Below, in pieces: positions 1 to 9,656 of a stretch of DNA of 64,000 nt. The notes beneath the pieces are model-generated. The model was not told where the DNA came from. It did no database searches and saw only the letters and a program-made list of their open reading frames with translations. The stretch spans positions 640,001 to 704,000 of the forward strand of contig CAWFKH010000003.1 in assembly GCA_963816355.1 (NCBI GenBank), in the 5' to 3' direction. Position numbers and translations under genes: made by a program. Position 1 is the stretch's first letter. Each line of letters begins with the position of its first letter. The DNA is from an uncultured Gemmatimonadales bacterium (GTDB taxonomy: Bacteria > Gemmatimonadota > Gemmatimonadetes > Longimicrobiales > RSA9).

Positions 1-1
1 G

Positions 2-565
2 CAGAGCGGCGGCTACGTCTGGGTCGCGGGTCAGGAGGGGAGCGGCACCCGGTTCGACGTCTTCTTCCCCTCCGCCGAAGGGCGCTCTCTCGCGGCGACC
101 GGAGCGGCCGCCGGTGCGGACGGCCGCCGCGGCACCGAGACCGTGCTCGTGGTCGAGGACGACGACCTCGTGCGTTCCGTCGTCCGGGACACGCTGCTGC
201 GGCAGGGATACGGCGTTCTCGAGGCGGCGAACGGGAAGGAGGCGATCGCCGTCGCGCGCGCCTCCCAGGGCCGCTTCGACCTGCTCGTCACGGACATGGT
301 GATGCCGCTCATGGGCGGCGGCGAGCTGGCACGCACCCTCCGCGTGCGGCAGCCGGACCTGGCGATCCTCTCGATGTCCGGCTACGCCGAATCGCAGATC
401 AACCAGGATCTGCCCGACTCCGCGCTCTTCCTGCACAAACCGTTCACCCCGGACGAACTTGCGCGCGCCGTCCGCCGCGCCCTCGACGAGCCCTCGCGCG
501 CGCTCGCTGCGCCCGCCGCGTCGGCCGATCGGCTCGCGGCGGTCCCGGCCGCGCAATCGAGCTGA
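2..565 (+). CDS. Hybrid sensor histidine kinase/response regulator, C-terminal part (5' truncated by window)
   Basis: Frame open from nt 2 reads QSGGYVWVAGQEGSGTRFDVFFP (end of HATPase_c), then a REC domain (VLVVEDD, DLLVTDMVMP, MSGY, LHKPF). Confidence 0.9.
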   Translation, partial: QSGGYVWVAGQEGSGTRFDVFFPSAEGRSLAATGAAAGADGRRGTETVLVVEDDDLVRSVVRDTLLRQGYGVLEAANGKEAIAVARASQGRFDLLVTDMVMPLMGGGELARTLRVRQPDLAILSMSGYAESQINQDLPDSALFLHKPFTPDELARAVRRALDEPSRALAAPAASADRLAAVPAAQSS

Positions 566-1641
566 TGCCGATGGAGACGCCGACGCCGTTCAGCGGAACG
601 AAGATCCTCATGATTGACGACGAGGAGTCGAACCTCCGTTTCGTGCGGCGCCTCCTCACGCGGGCCGGCGTCGGCGCGTTCCACCCGCTCAACGATCCGC
701 GCGCCGCGGTCTCCACGTTCCTGGACGTGCAGCCGGACCTCCTCCTCCTCGACCTGCACATGCCGCATCGCGACGGCTTCCAGGTGATCGAGGATCTGCA
801 GCCGCACGTGCCGGGCGGCAGCTTCTTCCCGATCCTGGTGATGACCGGCGATCCGAGCCCCGACGTGCGTAACCGCGCGCTCTCGCTCGGCGCCTCCGAC
901 TACCTCACCAAGCCATTCGACACGACCGAGGCGATGCTGCGCATGTCCAATCTGCTGCGCACGCGCGCCCTCCACGAGGCGCTGCAGAGCCAGAACCAGC
1001 TCCTCGAGGCCCGCGTCCGTGAGCGGACCCGCGAGCTCGACGACGCCCAGGTCGAGATCCTGCAGCGGCTCGCACGCGTCTCCGAATTCCACGACGCCAC
1101 GACCGGCGAGCACATCCAGCGCGTCGGCCGCCTCGCGGACGTGCTTGCCCGCGAGATGGACCTCTCCATCGGCGAGGCCGAGACGATCGGCCGCGCCGCG
1201 TTGCTCCACGACGTCGGCAAGATCGGCATCCAGGGCGCCGTCCACCTCAAGGCGGGCCGCCTCACGCCCGAGGAGTTCGCCATGATGTCGGAGCACACGA
1301 AGATCGGCGCCCGGCTCCTCTCCGGCAGCCGCTTCGCCGTCCTGCAGAAGGCGGAGGAGATCGCGCTCAACCACCACGAGCGCTGGGACGGCAGCGGCTA
1401 TCCGCGCGGCATCTGCGGAGAGGCGATCCCGCTGTCCGCTCGCATCGTTGCCGTCGCCAATGTCTTCGACGCGTTGACCAGCCGCCGTCAGTACAAGGAT
1501 GCGTGGCCCCTCGCCGACGCGCTCGCCGAGATCCGCAACGAGACCGGACGACACTTCGATCCCGCCGTCGTCGAGGCGCTCTTCTCCCTCCACCGCGCCG
1601 GCATGCTGCGTCGCGCCGCCTTCGACATGGCCGTCGCATGA
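565..1641 (+). CDS. REC + HD-GYP response regulator (RpfG-like), with a D-to-N change in the ADxFDAL motif
   Basis: REC (IDDE, LLLDLHMP, KPF), HDVGKIG, HHERWDGSGYP, VAVANVFDAL. TGATG overlap with the upstream gene. Confidence 0.92.
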   Translation: MPMETPTPFSGTKILMIDDEESNLRFVRRLLTRAGVGAFHPLNDPRAAVSTFLDVQPDLLLLDLHMPHRDGFQVIEDLQPHVPGGSFFPILVMTGDPSPDVRNRALSLGASDYLTKPFDTTEAMLRMSNLLRTRALHEALQSQNQLLEARVRERTRELDDAQVEILQRLARVSEFHDATTGEHIQRVGRLADVLAREMDLSIGEAETIGRAALLHDVGKIGIQGAVHLKAGRLTPEEFAMMSEHTKIGARLLSGSRFAVLQKAEEIALNHHERWDGSGYPRGICGEAIPLSARIVAVANVFDALTSRRQYKDAWPLADALAEIRNETGRHFDPAVVEALFSLHRAGMLRRAAFDMAVA

Positions 1642-1733
1642 GCGCCCTCACGAACGTGTAAGTTCTTGCGCCGCCGTTGCGAAGGACTATCTTTCCATAG
1701 CCCCGATCCCCCCGTTTCCACATCGAGTCGATC

Positions 1734-2636
1734 ATGACGGCGACACCCCGCGCTCCGATGCCGTTCTGGGCGCTATTCGTCTCCATTGCGGTCTTCGCCG
1801 TACCCGCCGTACTGACGGGTCTGCGGCCGCTGCCCGAAGGCGTCACCGCGCTTTCCTGGCTCTTCGTCGTCATCCCGATCTTCTTCTTCGCCTACTTCGA
1901 GGGCTGGCGCGGCGTCGTCCTCGCCCTCGCCATGTGGGTCGTGTTGCTCGTGCTCGCCCTCATGGCCGGACCGCTCGTCGGCGGGCCGCAGCCCGACTGG
2001 ATCTTCGTCGGCCACCTCTCCGTCGCGCTGCTCGTGAACGCGATCGCCATTGCCTGGCTGGCCGCATCGCTCCACCGCGATCTCGGCGTCACCGCACTGC
2101 GCGAGCGCACGATGGCGGAGCAGCTCGCCCTGCGCGACGAGCTGACCGGGCTGCCGAACCTGAAGTACGCGAAGCTCTACCTCGACAGCTCCTTCGCCGC
2201 CGCCGAGCGTGGCTTCCCGCTCACGATCGTGCTCCTCGACGTCGACCGGCTGAAGGACTACAACGAGTTCCACGGACGCGGCGTGTCGGACGGCGTCCTG
2301 CGGGCGGTCGGCCACGTGCTCGGCCGCACGACCCGCAAGATGGAGCTCTCCGCGCGTCTCGACGGCGGTCGCTTCGTCTCGATCCTGAACACGCGTGATC
2401 CGGCGGCCGCGCTCCGCTTCGTGCGACGCCTGCGCAACGCGCTCCTCGAGCTCGATCTCCCGGTCGGGCGCGTGACCGTCTCGGCGGGCGTGGCTCCGTT
2501 CGGCTTCGGCATGCGGGCGAGCGAGGACCTGCTGCGGGCGGCGGAATCCGCCCTGGGCAAGGCGAAGAACGCGGGTCGCGACTCCGAGTCCGTCTACTCC
2601 CCCTCCGCCGAGGCCACCGCGTCCCAGAAGGCGTGA
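1734..2636 (+). CDS. Membrane-bound GGDEF-domain protein with degenerate active site (DGGRF)
   Basis: About four N-terminal TM helices, then DELTGLPN, LLDVDRLKDYN, ARLDGGRF, VTVSAGVA, AKNAGRD. Confidence 0.88.
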   Translation: MTATPRAPMPFWALFVSIAVFAVPAVLTGLRPLPEGVTALSWLFVVIPIFFFAYFEGWRGVVLALAMWVVLLVLALMAGPLVGGPQPDWIFVGHLSVALLVNAIAIAWLAASLHRDLGVTALRERTMAEQLALRDELTGLPNLKYAKLYLDSSFAAAERGFPLTIVLLDVDRLKDYNEFHGRGVSDGVLRAVGHVLGRTTRKMELSARLDGGRFVSILNTRDPAAALRFVRRLRNALLELDLPVGRVTVSAGVAPFGFGMRASEDLLRAAESALGKAKNAGRDSESVYSPSAEATASQKA

Positions 2637-4195
2637 GCCCGTTCCAGCGCCGCAGCCGTGCCCCGCAGCAGCAGGGACGCCGCGGCCGGAAGCGCGCTCA
2701 CCGCCGCGCCGGCGCCCAGGTAGAGCACGCTGCCGGCGGCCACGACGCCCGCGTCGAGCCGCGTCGCCGTCAGCGCCGTCGCCGCGATCAGCACCAGCCC
2801 GAGCAGCGCCGCGGACAGGTTCGCCGCGTCGAGCGGAGCGGTGGCCAGGATCGCCGCCGCGTCCGCGGCCCACGCGGCGCCGAGGAAGAGGATGCCCGTG
2901 GTGACGAGGCCGCGCCGGCGCGCCTCGGGCATCGCCGCCGTCGCCCACGCGTCCCCGGGCTGGCCGCTCCCGCGCCACAGCATCGACCCCGCCAGCGAGA
3001 CGACCAGGACGAGGCCGAGCGCCACGGCGCGGCGTAGCGGCGGCGACGAGGGGGCGAGCATTGGCGAGCCGGCAAGGTGCACGGCGAGCGCCCACCCGAG
3101 CAACAGCCAGGCGGCAAAGAGCGCCGCGTCGATCGCCACGCCGAGCAGCACGCGCGCGCTTCCGCCGACCGGCGGCGTGCGCGCCGGCCCCACGCCCTGC
3201 TCGCGCAGCGCGAGCACCCAGCCCTCGACCGCGTGCGAGAGCGAGTCGCGCTCGTCCAGGCCGCCGATCGCCGCTTCGATCCGCCCCACCACCTCGCGCG
3301 GCAGCCCCGCCGCGCGCCGCTTCGTCTCCTCGATCCGCCGGCCGGCCGTCTCAAGCACGCGCTGCAGGTCACGGGCGGCGCCGTCGACGGGCGTGCGACG
3401 CCGCTTCCGCGCCGGCAGCCAGGAGCGCCAGGCGTGCGCCATCTCATGCACCGTGGTCGCGAGCAGGATCGGCAGCGCGCCGCCGAGCACGACGAGGAAG
3501 AAGCGCGCGGTCAGGAAGTAGCCGGAGCCCGGCGCGAGACCGAGGTGCGCCGGCAGGTCGATGCGGCGCGACAGCGCCGCGAAGCCGCCCACCTCGGCGG
3601 CGGCGAGGCCGATCAGGAGCAGGTGCGGCGCCACCTGGAACACCGCGCTGCGCACCGGCCGTTCCGCCCCCTCCAGCGTGTAGAGCACGACCCCCGCGAG
3701 CGCCGCGGCTGCCGTGACCGCGAGCGCGATCACGCGCGCCGCGTCCAGCGCGGCGAAGGGGCGGGGCAGGGTGCTCGCACCCGGCAGGAGGAGGTGCAGC
3801 GCCGGCAACAGCGCGGCGACGTTCGCGGCCGCGAGCAACAGCGCGCCCGCCGTCAGCAGCGAAACCGTCAGCCCGCTCCGCCGCGGCGGCAGCACCCCGG
3901 TACGCACCACGCGGTCCGCTTCGTCGGGGAGCCGCAGCGTGAGCTGCCGGATCTCGCGGATGTCGCTGGCGAGCGCCGCCTCCAGCGCCGCCGCCGCGCG
4001 CAGGTCCCGCGTCATCCCCGTCTCGAAGGCGCGCGCGACGCGGTCGAGCGCGACCAGGTACGACCCGCGCCCGGCCCGCCCGAGGCCCGCCACGAAGGCG
4101 CGAAGACGTCCGCCCATCCGGCGCGTGAACGCGCCCGGCCCTCTGGCGTCCGCCCGGCGCAGCGCCGCCGCCGCTCCCGCCAGGCGGGACATCAC
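2594..4195 (-). CDS. Hypothetical polytopic membrane protein
   Basis: 533-aa ORF with two clusters of hydrophobic segments separated by a charged helical region; last gene of a minus-strand trio. Confidence 0.7.
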   Translation of the reverse strand: MMSRLAGAAAALRRADARGPGAFTRRMGGRLRAFVAGLGRAGRGSYLVALDRVARAFETGMTRDLRAAAALEAALASDIREIRQLTLRLPDEADRVVRTGVLPPRRSGLTVSLLTAGALLLAAANVAALLPALHLLLPGASTLPRPFAALDAARVIALAVTAAAALAGVVLYTLEGAERPVRSAVFQVAPHLLLIGLAAAEVGGFAALSRRIDLPAHLGLAPGSGYFLTARFFLVVLGGALPILLATTVHEMAHAWRSWLPARKRRRTPVDGAARDLQRVLETAGRRIEETKRRAAGLPREVVGRIEAAIGGLDERDSLSHAVEGWVLALREQGVGPARTPPVGGSARVLLGVAIDAALFAAWLLLGWALAVHLAGSPMLAPSSPPLRRAVALGLVLVVSLAGSMLWRGSGQPGDAWATAAMPEARRRGLVTTGILFLGAAWAADAAAILATAPLDAANLSAALLGLVLIAATALTATRLDAGVVAAGSVLYLGAGAAVSALPAAASLLLRGTAAALERAHAFWDAVASAEGE

Positions 4196-4217
4196 GCGGC
4201 CGCGGCCGGCCGGGACG

Positions 4218-5414
4218 TCACGCCGCCCACCCCAGCAAATACGCGAGCGCCGCCGCCACGGTCAGCACCAGGCCCAGCAGCGCCGCCACGCGCCGGCTCG
4301 ACGCCGCCGTTCGCCGCTCCACCTCCGCCCGCTCGGCCGACTCCGCCGCGTTCGCGCCGTACGACGTGGCCATGCTCGCGACGCGGCCGCTCGGCAACGC
4401 CGTCTCCACCACCACCCGCACGATCTCGTCGCCCCGGCCACCCCAGCGCCGGTCCGGCAGGCCTTCCCCCGGCAGACGCACGAGGTGCCCCGTCTCCACG
4501 CCGGCCGGGATCTCCACCACCACCTCCCCCTCCAGCGTCGGCACGGTGAAGCGCCCCCCCACCCGCGCCGCCGCCGGCTCGACCGACAGCCGGTGCAGCA
4601 GGTCCGCGCCGTCCCGCACGAAACGCCGGTCGTCCGCCACCCGGATCACCACGTGGATCACGCCACGCACGATCCCGCCCGGCCCCGCCCGCACCGTCTC
4701 CACGACCTGGAACGCGTCGCCATCCCCGACGCCCGCCGGCACGTCGACGTCGAAGCCGCGGCCCGACAGATCGCGACCGCTGCCGTGGCACGTGCCGCAC
4801 GGTGCCGGCCGCTCGCCGCTCCCGCCGCACGCCTCGCACGCCGCCGTCGGCGCGCTCGCCGCGAGCAGGCCGCGCCGCGCCCGCCGCGTCCGGCCCGTGC
4901 CGCCGCACGCCTCGCACCGCACCCGACCCGGGCCGCGCCCCGTCCCCGCGCAATCGAAGCACGGCACCGCCAGCCGCGAGCGCGTGCCGCGCGCCGCTTC
5001 CGCGAGCGTGATCCGCAGCTCGACGCGCGGCGCCCCGTCCGCCGCCCGCCCGGCCGCTCCCGGCTCGCCGCCCTCCGCCCACGGGCCACCGGCGGCCGCC
5101 GCGTCGCCGACCCCAGCGCCGGCGTGATCGAGCACCAGCGACAGCGCGTGCGCGATCGCGTCGTCGTCCGCTTCCGACAGCGCCGCGCCCGTCGCGGCGT
5201 ACGCCGCCGGCCCCAGGATGTCGTAGAGCTTGCGGGTGCGCGCGTCCGCCAGGACCTGGAACGCCTCCGTCGCCTCCCGGAACCGCGCCCCGGCCTCTCC
5301 GGAACCTTCGTTGCGATCCGGATGGTGACGCAGCGCCAGCTTCCGGTAGGCGCGCTTGATGGTGGCCGCGTCCGCCGTCGGCGCGACCCCGAGCACTTCG
5401 TAGTAGTCCCGCAT
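4218..5414 (-). CDS. DnaJ-class co-chaperone with zinc finger and C-terminal transmembrane helix
   Basis: MRDYYEVLGV...HHPD J-domain, four CxxCxGxG repeats, DnaJ_C (FVRDGADL, VPTLEG, RLPGEGLP), hydrophobic C-terminus. Start reassigned to ATG at 5414. Confidence 0.88.
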   Translation of the reverse strand: MRDYYEVLGVAPTADAATIKRAYRKLALRHHPDRNEGSGEAGARFREATEAFQVLADARTRKLYDILGPAAYAATGAALSEADDDAIAHALSLVLDHAGAGVGDAAAAGGPWAEGGEPGAAGRAADGAPRVELRITLAEAARGTRSRLAVPCFDCAGTGRGPGRVRCEACGGTGRTRRARRGLLAASAPTAACEACGGSGERPAPCGTCHGSGRDLSGRGFDVDVPAGVGDGDAFQVVETVRAGPGGIVRGVIHVVIRVADDRRFVRDGADLLHRLSVEPAAARVGGRFTVPTLEGEVVVEIPAGVETGHLVRLPGEGLPDRRWGGRGDEIVRVVVETALPSGRVASMATSYGANAAESAERAEVERRTAASSRRVAALLGLVLTVAAALAYLLGWAA

Positions 5415-5439
5415 GATCCTGCCGCTGCGACGTCTCCTC

Positions 5440-6606
5440 TTACCAGGCCCCGCGTCGGCTCTCCTGCGGCGCATCGCGCGGCTCCTCGGCCGGAGCGGCA
5501 CCCCGCGGCGCCGGCTCCGCCGCGCCCGCTTCGCCGCTGTCGCTGTAGAACGGCGCCGCCAGGCCCGCCCGCGGCCTCGCCTCGGCCGCCTCGCCCTCCG
5601 CCCCCGACCTTGCGTCGGAGGCGCTCCCCGCCCCCGCCCTCGCGTCGGACGCGTCCTCCGCACCCGCCCTCGCGCCGGCCTCGTCCTCCGCACCCGCCCT
5701 CGCGCCGGCCTCGTCCTCCGCCCTCGCACCGGCGCCCCGCCCGGCGTCCGCCTTCCGCCCGCCGTCCGCCTCCCCGTCCCGCTCGGCTCCGGCGCCGAGC
5801 AGGCGGCCGCCGCGGCGCCCGCCCTGGAACACGCTGAGGAACTCCGCGACCGGGTCGCGGCGAGAGCTGCCGAGGAGCTGCCGCAGCGGGCTGTCGAGGC
5901 GCTCTCCGAGCACGCCGAACTTCTCCCGCGTCTCGGACGTGATGCCGAGCAGCGCATCCACGATCGGACCGGCGGAGCGCGTGACCTCGATCTCGCGGCG
6001 CAGCCGCTCCGTCTCGTGGCGGATGCGGTCCAGCTCGGAGTGCAGCCGCTCGACCTCGGCCGCCTTCGCCTCGCCCTCCAGCCCGAGCTGCTCGATGCGG
6101 CCCTTGATCTCCGCCTGCAGCCGCCGCCGCCGCGCCAGCTCCTCCTTCACGTCCGTGATCGGGATCGGCCCGACCGAATAGACCGCTTCGACCACCTGTT
6201 CGAGGCGCTGCGCCGCGTGCAGGTTCTTCGCGAGCTCGGAGCGCAGGCGCGCGATCTCCGCCGCCTTCTTCTGATCCTCCGACGACAGGTCCGTCATGCG
6301 ACGTCGGATCTCCTGCTCCCGCTCGTGCAACTCGCCCATCTCGTCGCGCAGCGTCATCACCCGCTCGTCCAGCCCGTTCTTCGTCTCCAGGTAGCGCTGC
6401 GTGAACTTGACCGAGTCCAGCTCCTTCAGGAACTCGACCTCCCGCTCCAGACCGGCGATCTTCTGCTCCTTCGCCCGCGCCCCCTCCTCCACCGCGGCGC
6501 GGTATTCGCGCGACGAACGGGCGCTCATCGCCCACGACAGGACTGCGGCGAGAATGGCGAGCGCGGCGATCCCCGCGCTCACGAGGATCATGGTCTGCTG
6601 GCTCAT
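5440..6606 (-). CDS. Single-pass membrane coiled-coil protein with repetitive acidic tail
   Basis: MSQQTMILVSAGIAALAILAAVLSW (TM), long E/R/K/L-rich heptad region, AGARAGAEDE repeats. Confidence 0.75.
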   Translation of the reverse strand: MSQQTMILVSAGIAALAILAAVLSWAMSARSSREYRAAVEEGARAKEQKIAGLEREVEFLKELDSVKFTQRYLETKNGLDERVMTLRDEMGELHEREQEIRRRMTDLSSEDQKKAAEIARLRSELAKNLHAAQRLEQVVEAVYSVGPIPITDVKEELARRRRLQAEIKGRIEQLGLEGEAKAAEVERLHSELDRIRHETERLRREIEVTRSAGPIVDALLGITSETREKFGVLGERLDSPLRQLLGSSRRDPVAEFLSVFQGGRRGGRLLGAGAERDGEADGGRKADAGRGAGARAEDEAGARAGAEDEAGARAGAEDASDARAGAGSASDARSGAEGEAAEARPRAGLAAPFYSDSGEAGAAEPAPRGAAPAEEPRDAPQESRRGAW

Positions 6607-6809
6607 CGCGGCTTCCGATGCGGATGGGAATCCACTGCGCCGCCACCGCGGCGGCACGACGCACGACGTGCCCGGCTGTCCTTCACGGCCGGAAACAGTA
6701 TATTCAGCCGTCGGGCATGGAGTGGATGGGTGGGTCGATTCTCGTCTTCCGGAAACTAAACCGAACGCGACGTGGCACAAGGGTCGACGGCAGCCGTGGC
6801 CGCTCGCCG

Positions 6810-8843
6810 ATGAGCGCCCGCGATCGGACGCAGGGCCGCTCCCGCGCGGCAGCGGCCGAGAGCGCGCCCGCCCTCTCCCCGGAGGAGTGGGCCGAGCGCT
6901 TCGCGCAACGCGACAGCCTCATGGTCGTCGGCTCCGACGACCGCTCCGTCGCCCTCATCCGCAGCGGCCCCGGCGGCGACGCCGAGACCGTCCGCGTCGA
7001 ACCCGCACAGAAGGCCGCCGTCGCCGCCCTCGCCCTCGCCGGCGAGCCGTTCGGCTTCGCCTGGCGCGATTACGATGACGAGATCGCGATCGCGACGCTC
7101 CTCGACGCCTACGCCGCCGGGATCCCGCTCGCGCGCCTGCCCGAGCCGTTCCACGACGCCCTCGATGGCGCGCTCCGCCGCCGCCCCTCGCTCGCACGCC
7201 GCCTCGCCGCGCTCCTCCCCCCGCGCCCCGCCGGCGAGCCCGCAGCCGAGCTGCCCCCGCTGGCCGCGACGCCGTTCGACGAGGAGACGTCGCAGGATGC
7301 GCCCCCCGCGACCGCCGGCAACTCCCTCGAGGAGCTCTACCGCGCCATCTTCGAGCAGGCCCGCGCCGCCGTCGACCTCGACACCTTCTTCATCGCGTTC
7401 TACGACGTGGCCTCCGACACCGCCAGCGTGGTCTACTTCGCCGCCGCCGGCCGCGAGATCGCCATGCGCGTCGCCTACCGCGGCTCCGAGAGCGCCGCCG
7501 TCCGCGAGCGCCGGGCCGTCCTCCTCACCGCCGCCGATCCCGCCCTCGCCATCCTCAGCCTCGCCGCCGGCGAGGGCGGCGCCGGCCACGGCATCTGCGC
7601 CCCCGTCTTCTCCGACGACACGCTCGCCGCCCTCATCGGCGCGCAGCGGGCCGCGCCCGAGCCCTACACCGCCCGCGACCTCGACCTCTTCGCCGCCGTC
7701 GCCGGCCTCGCGGGCGTCGCCCTCTCCTCCACCGCACGCGTCCGCGACGCCGAGCGCCGCCGCGTCAGCATGGAGCTGCTCCAGCAGGTCGCCAGCTCCC
7801 TCGGCGCCACCCTCGAGCTCCCCGCCATCATCGACCGCGCCGCCTCCGCCGCGCGCCGCCTCATGGAGGCCGAGTCCGCCGCCATCCTGCTCTTCGACCC
7901 CGCTTCGATCGGCGCCCCGCCCGCCGGCCCCGACGCCGACGTCCCGCCGGCGAACGGCGCCACCGCGCCGGCGAACGGCGGCGCCGCGCCGACGAACGGC
8001 GCCACCGCCTCCGCCGCGCACGGCCTGGAAGTCGTCTCCACCAGCGGCACCTCCGTATTCCACATCGGCGAGGTGGTCGAGATCGGCCGCGCGCTGGAGC
8101 ACGTGCTGTTCGAGGAGCGAAGCGGCTTCATCGAGGCCGACGCCGCCGCCGCCGAACGGCTGCCGCCAGCCGTCTGCGAACGCCTCGCCGACAGCTCGCT
8201 CGTCGCCGCGCCGCTCGCCGGCCCCGAAGGCCCGCTCGGTCTCGTCGTCGCGTGCCGCTCCCGTCCCCTCGCCTTCGTCGACGACGACCGCGCCCTCCTC
8301 GAGCGTCTCGCGCTCCACGTCGCCAACGCCATCGAGAACGCGCGCCTGCTCGAGCAGATCCGCCGCCTCTCGCTCACCGATCCGCTCACCGGCCTGCCCA
8401 ACCGGCGCCAGATGGAGCTCGTGCTGCAGCGCGAGTTCGCCGCCGCCCGCCGCGGCCGCAACCTCGCCGTGCTCCTCTTCGACCTCGACCGCTTCAAGCA
8501 CTACAACGACACCCGCGGCCATCAGGCCGGCGACCGCCTGCTCCAGGCCTTTGGCGAGCTGCTCGCCGGCGAGACCCGCGCCTTCGACCTCGCCGCCCGT
8601 TACGGCGGCGACGAATTCCTCGCCATCCTCTCCGACGCCGACGCCCAGGGCGCCGAGGCCCACGCCGCCCGCGTCCGCGAAGCCGTCGCCCACCACCCGC
8701 TCCTCAAGGAGATCGGCGTCACCGCCGGCATCGCGCTCTTCGAGCCCGGCATGACCTCCGCCGACGACCTCGTCCTCGCCGCCGACGAGGAGCTCTACCG
8801 CCGCAAGGGCGAGCGCACGGGGCGGCGGGTCCGCGGCCACTGA
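6810..8843 (+). CDS. GAF-GAF-GGDEF diguanylate cyclase
   Basis: Two GAF-like regions (second ends ANAIENARL), then DPLTGLPNRR, DLDRFKHYND, RAFD I-site, ARYGGDEF. Confidence 0.9.
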   Translation: MSARDRTQGRSRAAAAESAPALSPEEWAERFAQRDSLMVVGSDDRSVALIRSGPGGDAETVRVEPAQKAAVAALALAGEPFGFAWRDYDDEIAIATLLDAYAAGIPLARLPEPFHDALDGALRRRPSLARRLAALLPPRPAGEPAAELPPLAATPFDEETSQDAPPATAGNSLEELYRAIFEQARAAVDLDTFFIAFYDVASDTASVVYFAAAGREIAMRVAYRGSESAAVRERRAVLLTAADPALAILSLAAGEGGAGHGICAPVFSDDTLAALIGAQRAAPEPYTARDLDLFAAVAGLAGVALSSTARVRDAERRRVSMELLQQVASSLGATLELPAIIDRAASAARRLMEAESAAILLFDPASIGAPPAGPDADVPPANGATAPANGGAAPTNGATASAAHGLEVVSTSGTSVFHIGEVVEIGRALEHVLFEERSGFIEADAAAAERLPPAVCERLADSSLVAAPLAGPEGPLGLVVACRSRPLAFVDDDRALLERLALHVANAIENARLLEQIRRLSLTDPLTGLPNRRQMELVLQREFAAARRGRNLAVLLFDLDRFKHYNDTRGHQAGDRLLQAFGELLAGETRAFDLAARYGGDEFLAILSDADAQGAEAHAARVREAVAHHPLLKEIGVTAGIALFEPGMTSADDLVLAADEELYRRKGERTGRRVRGH

Positions 8844-9024
8844 CGCTCGCTGCGCGAACTGGCGTTCGCTCCGCGAGGGAAGCTCGCTGCGCTAGGGAAG
8901 CCGCGCTTCGCGCGGGGAAGCTCGCTTCGCGAGGGAAGCCTGCTGCGCAGGGGGCCCGCTTCGCGGGGGAAGCTCGCTTCGCAGGGGGCCCGCTTCGCGG
9001 GGGAAGCTCGCTTCGCGAGGGAGG
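8841..9024 (+). repeat. GGAAG-hairpin repeat array A (REP/BIME-like)
   Basis: Short hairpins such as ctcgc-ttc-gcgag and ccgcg-cttcg-cgcgg separated by GGAAG, starting at the TGA stop of the cyclase gene. Confidence 0.7.
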
Positions 9025-9133
9025 CGCGCGGGGGCTGCCTGCTGCAGCGCACCTTCGCTCTCGTCTCGCGCGCATGCGCGCTCGCCTCGCGCGCGGCTTG
9101 CCGCCGCCGCCCTCTCTCCCGATATTCGCCCCC

Positions 9134-9472
9134 ATGACGGCTCCCCGGCTCGATGACCTCCGTATACTCACGGTTGCGTTCGACGCGATCCCGGTGACGG
9201 CGCGCGCGGAGGCGCTCTCCATCGCGGAGCGCGCGGGCAGGGAGGCGGCCGAGGCGGATCCGCCGGACGCTGCCGATGCCCCGGACGTCCTCGATCCCTT
9301 CGAGTACCAGCTTCGGGTCGTGGAGCCCGCTTTTGCCCGCGGCGCCGTCGCGGCTCTCGACGCCGAGCGCTGGCGCGTCCGCTGCTTCACTCCGGGCGAC
9401 GCGACGCGCGATCCCCGCGTCACCGCCTTCTTCCTCGGCTGGAGCACGCATCGCCGCCGCGTTGCGCCGTAA
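9134..9472 (+). CDS. Small hypothetical protein (112 aa)
   Basis: MTAPRLDDLRILTVAFDAIP...FFLGW; protein-like composition filling the intergenic gap. Confidence 0.55.
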   Translation: MTAPRLDDLRILTVAFDAIPVTARAEALSIAERAGREAAEADPPDAADAPDVLDPFEYQLRVVEPAFARGAVAALDAERWRVRCFTPGDATRDPRVTAFFLGWSTHRRRVAP

Positions 9473-9549
9473 CAACCCCTTTTCGCACCCTTCAGCGCGT
9501 TTCCGATGTTTCCGCCCGGCGGAGATCGCCGCCGCGTTGCGCCGTAACA
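9450..9549. repeat. Two exact 25-bp direct repeats with near-palindromic core
   Basis: atcgccgccgcgttgcgccgtaaca at 9450-9474 and 9525-9549; core GTTGCG-C-CGTAAC. Confidence 0.85.
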
Positions 9550-9656
9550 CTTCTTTTCGGACGCCCGCAACGATTCATTGCGCCGGCCTCCCGCGTCGCG
9601 CGAATGAAACCGCCTAAGACGTTGTGGCATAAATCTTTGCGTGGATGAACGCGCGC

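Noticed and set aside
6773..6787. Sigma-54 site TGGCACAAGGGTCGA
   Set aside because: Good -24 element but no GC at -12.
9450..9549. Mini-CRISPR (25-bp repeats, 50-bp gap)
   Set aside because: Only two copies, no leader or cas genes; a regulatory reading fits better.
9625..9640. Second sigma-54 site TGGCATAAATCTTTGC
   Set aside because: GG-to-GC spacing is 11 rather than the required 10.
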